A DNA stretch of 63,981 bases, counting the filler, from Guillardia theta CCMP2712 (taxonomy: Eukaryota > Protista > Cryptophyta), in NCBI RefSeq assembly GCF_000315625.1. It is 9 parts of 9 records of this genome, joined end to end, with 100 filler letters (N's around TTAATTAATTAA, not from the genome) between each part and the next. Parts side by side here need not be neighbours in the genome. Positions count along the whole stretch, not along the records: positions 60,817 to 63,981 come from NW_005434095.1; 8 more parts are not named here. One strand, written 5' to 3'. Of this stretch, positions 63,030-63,981 are shown piece after piece. The position numbers and the translations under genes are program-made. The first letter of the stretch is position 1. Each line of letters starts with the position of its first letter. Below the pieces are notes generated by a model. It was not told where the DNA came from. It was given only the letters and a program-made list of their open reading frames with translations, and searched no databases.

Positions 63030-63981
63030 ATGATGGAAGAAGAACTCGCGCCCGAGGACGACATCGTCCTCAACCTGCAGGCGAACCAGCCATGGCGTGG
63101 ACCGCCGAACGCGTCGCTGCTCCCTCTGGTGTCTTCTGAGATGATGCCCAAGAGCATGGAAGAGACGTGGATTGGGAGCATGACGGGAAAACGAGGGAGG
63201 GAGGAGGGTAGGATTGAGAGCAGCGACGTGGACCTGAGCAAGACAGCACGGGATGTGGTGACGTCAGCCATGACATGGGCTCGCAAAACCTCAGGAGGAT
63301 CGCGAGGGGCAGGGAGGGGGGCGGGGGCAGAAGGAGGAGGAGGAGGAGGAGGAGGAGGAGCGAAAGATATCCAGGCAAGCAAGCAAGTGTCTGCCGTCGC
63401 TCTCTGACTCTCCTCAGGCCCTCGAGAAGCACATCGAGTTTCTGCGGGCTGGACAAAAGTACACCTCCTCCCCGCACATGCGCGCAGCCTACGAGGCCGA
63501 GATCCGCGACCTTGAGCTGAAGCTGCACGAGCTCAGCAAGGTAGAGGCAGTGAGCGAGGGAGCGAGGGAGCGAGGGAGCGAGGGAGCGAGGGAGCGAGGG
63601 AGGCGCGCTAACTTTGGACGTAGGCACAGGGCATGCAGGGCGGCATGTCTGCGAGAGGTCCAGGGCAGGAGATGTCGCGGTGGTTGCCCACGAGCGTTCC
63701 CGTGCAGAAGCCCGCGGTCGCATCCCCCACAACCGCTCGAGGAGGAAGCTACTCGTCGTCCTCCATGCCTCCTCCGAGCAGCGCTGGTACGCGAGGCGGC
63801 AAGTTGACGGACTGGCAGAACTTTCCGAGTTACTCGGCGACCAGCTCGAGTCTGATGCACAAGTGGGAGATGCTGGCGGAGATGGCGAGCAGTCAGCAGT
63901 CGAGCGAGATGAAGCCTTCCCCTCCTTGCGATCAGAGCAGCTCCATCTCCAGCCCGCACGCCTCCCTCGAGTCTCTTGACT
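63030..63981 (+). CDS. Hypothetical protein, 5' part, multi-exon
   Basis: ATG after a purine-rich promoter-like tract. Exons MMEEELAPEDD... / ALEKHIEFLRAGQK...LELKLHELSK / AQGMQGG... are joined by short introns. Confidence 0.6.

Noticed and set aside
63375-63417. Possible GC-AG intron
   Set aside because: An in-frame GT donor 12 nt downstream is an alternative; cannot decide without cDNA.

Overview
Eukaryotic nuclear DNA, not prokaryotic. It has short GT-AG introns, (CCTCT)n/(GGA)n microsatellites and multiple contigs joined by N-gaps carrying an artificial TTAATTAATTAA linker. Style and gene content are consistent with a cryptophyte alga such as Guillardia (inference). Recognisable host genes are WDR34/DYNC2I2, an ankyrin protein, RAD21, a CTFxP-repeat protein, an SK-like K+ channel, a PH-domain/ion-channel gene, a large secreted LysM protein, FKBP15-like, valyl-tRNA synthetase, a DCAF1-like fragment and an SLC5 symporter. 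Three things stand out. (1) A ~6.27-kb element with short terminal inverted repeats sits inside one unit of a 332-bp satellite and encodes a RAG1/Transib-like DDE transposase tail-to-tail with a BAH-like ORF. (2) A spliced ~889-aa gene has an apparent TIR-like/SAM-like/~6-TM/RelA-SpoT-like nucleotidyltransferase architecture. (3) A Fanzor/TnpB C-terminal remnant is followed by a structured omega-RNA-like 3' end, next to a duplicated WDR34 fragment. All domain calls are from motif recognition by eye; no searches were run.
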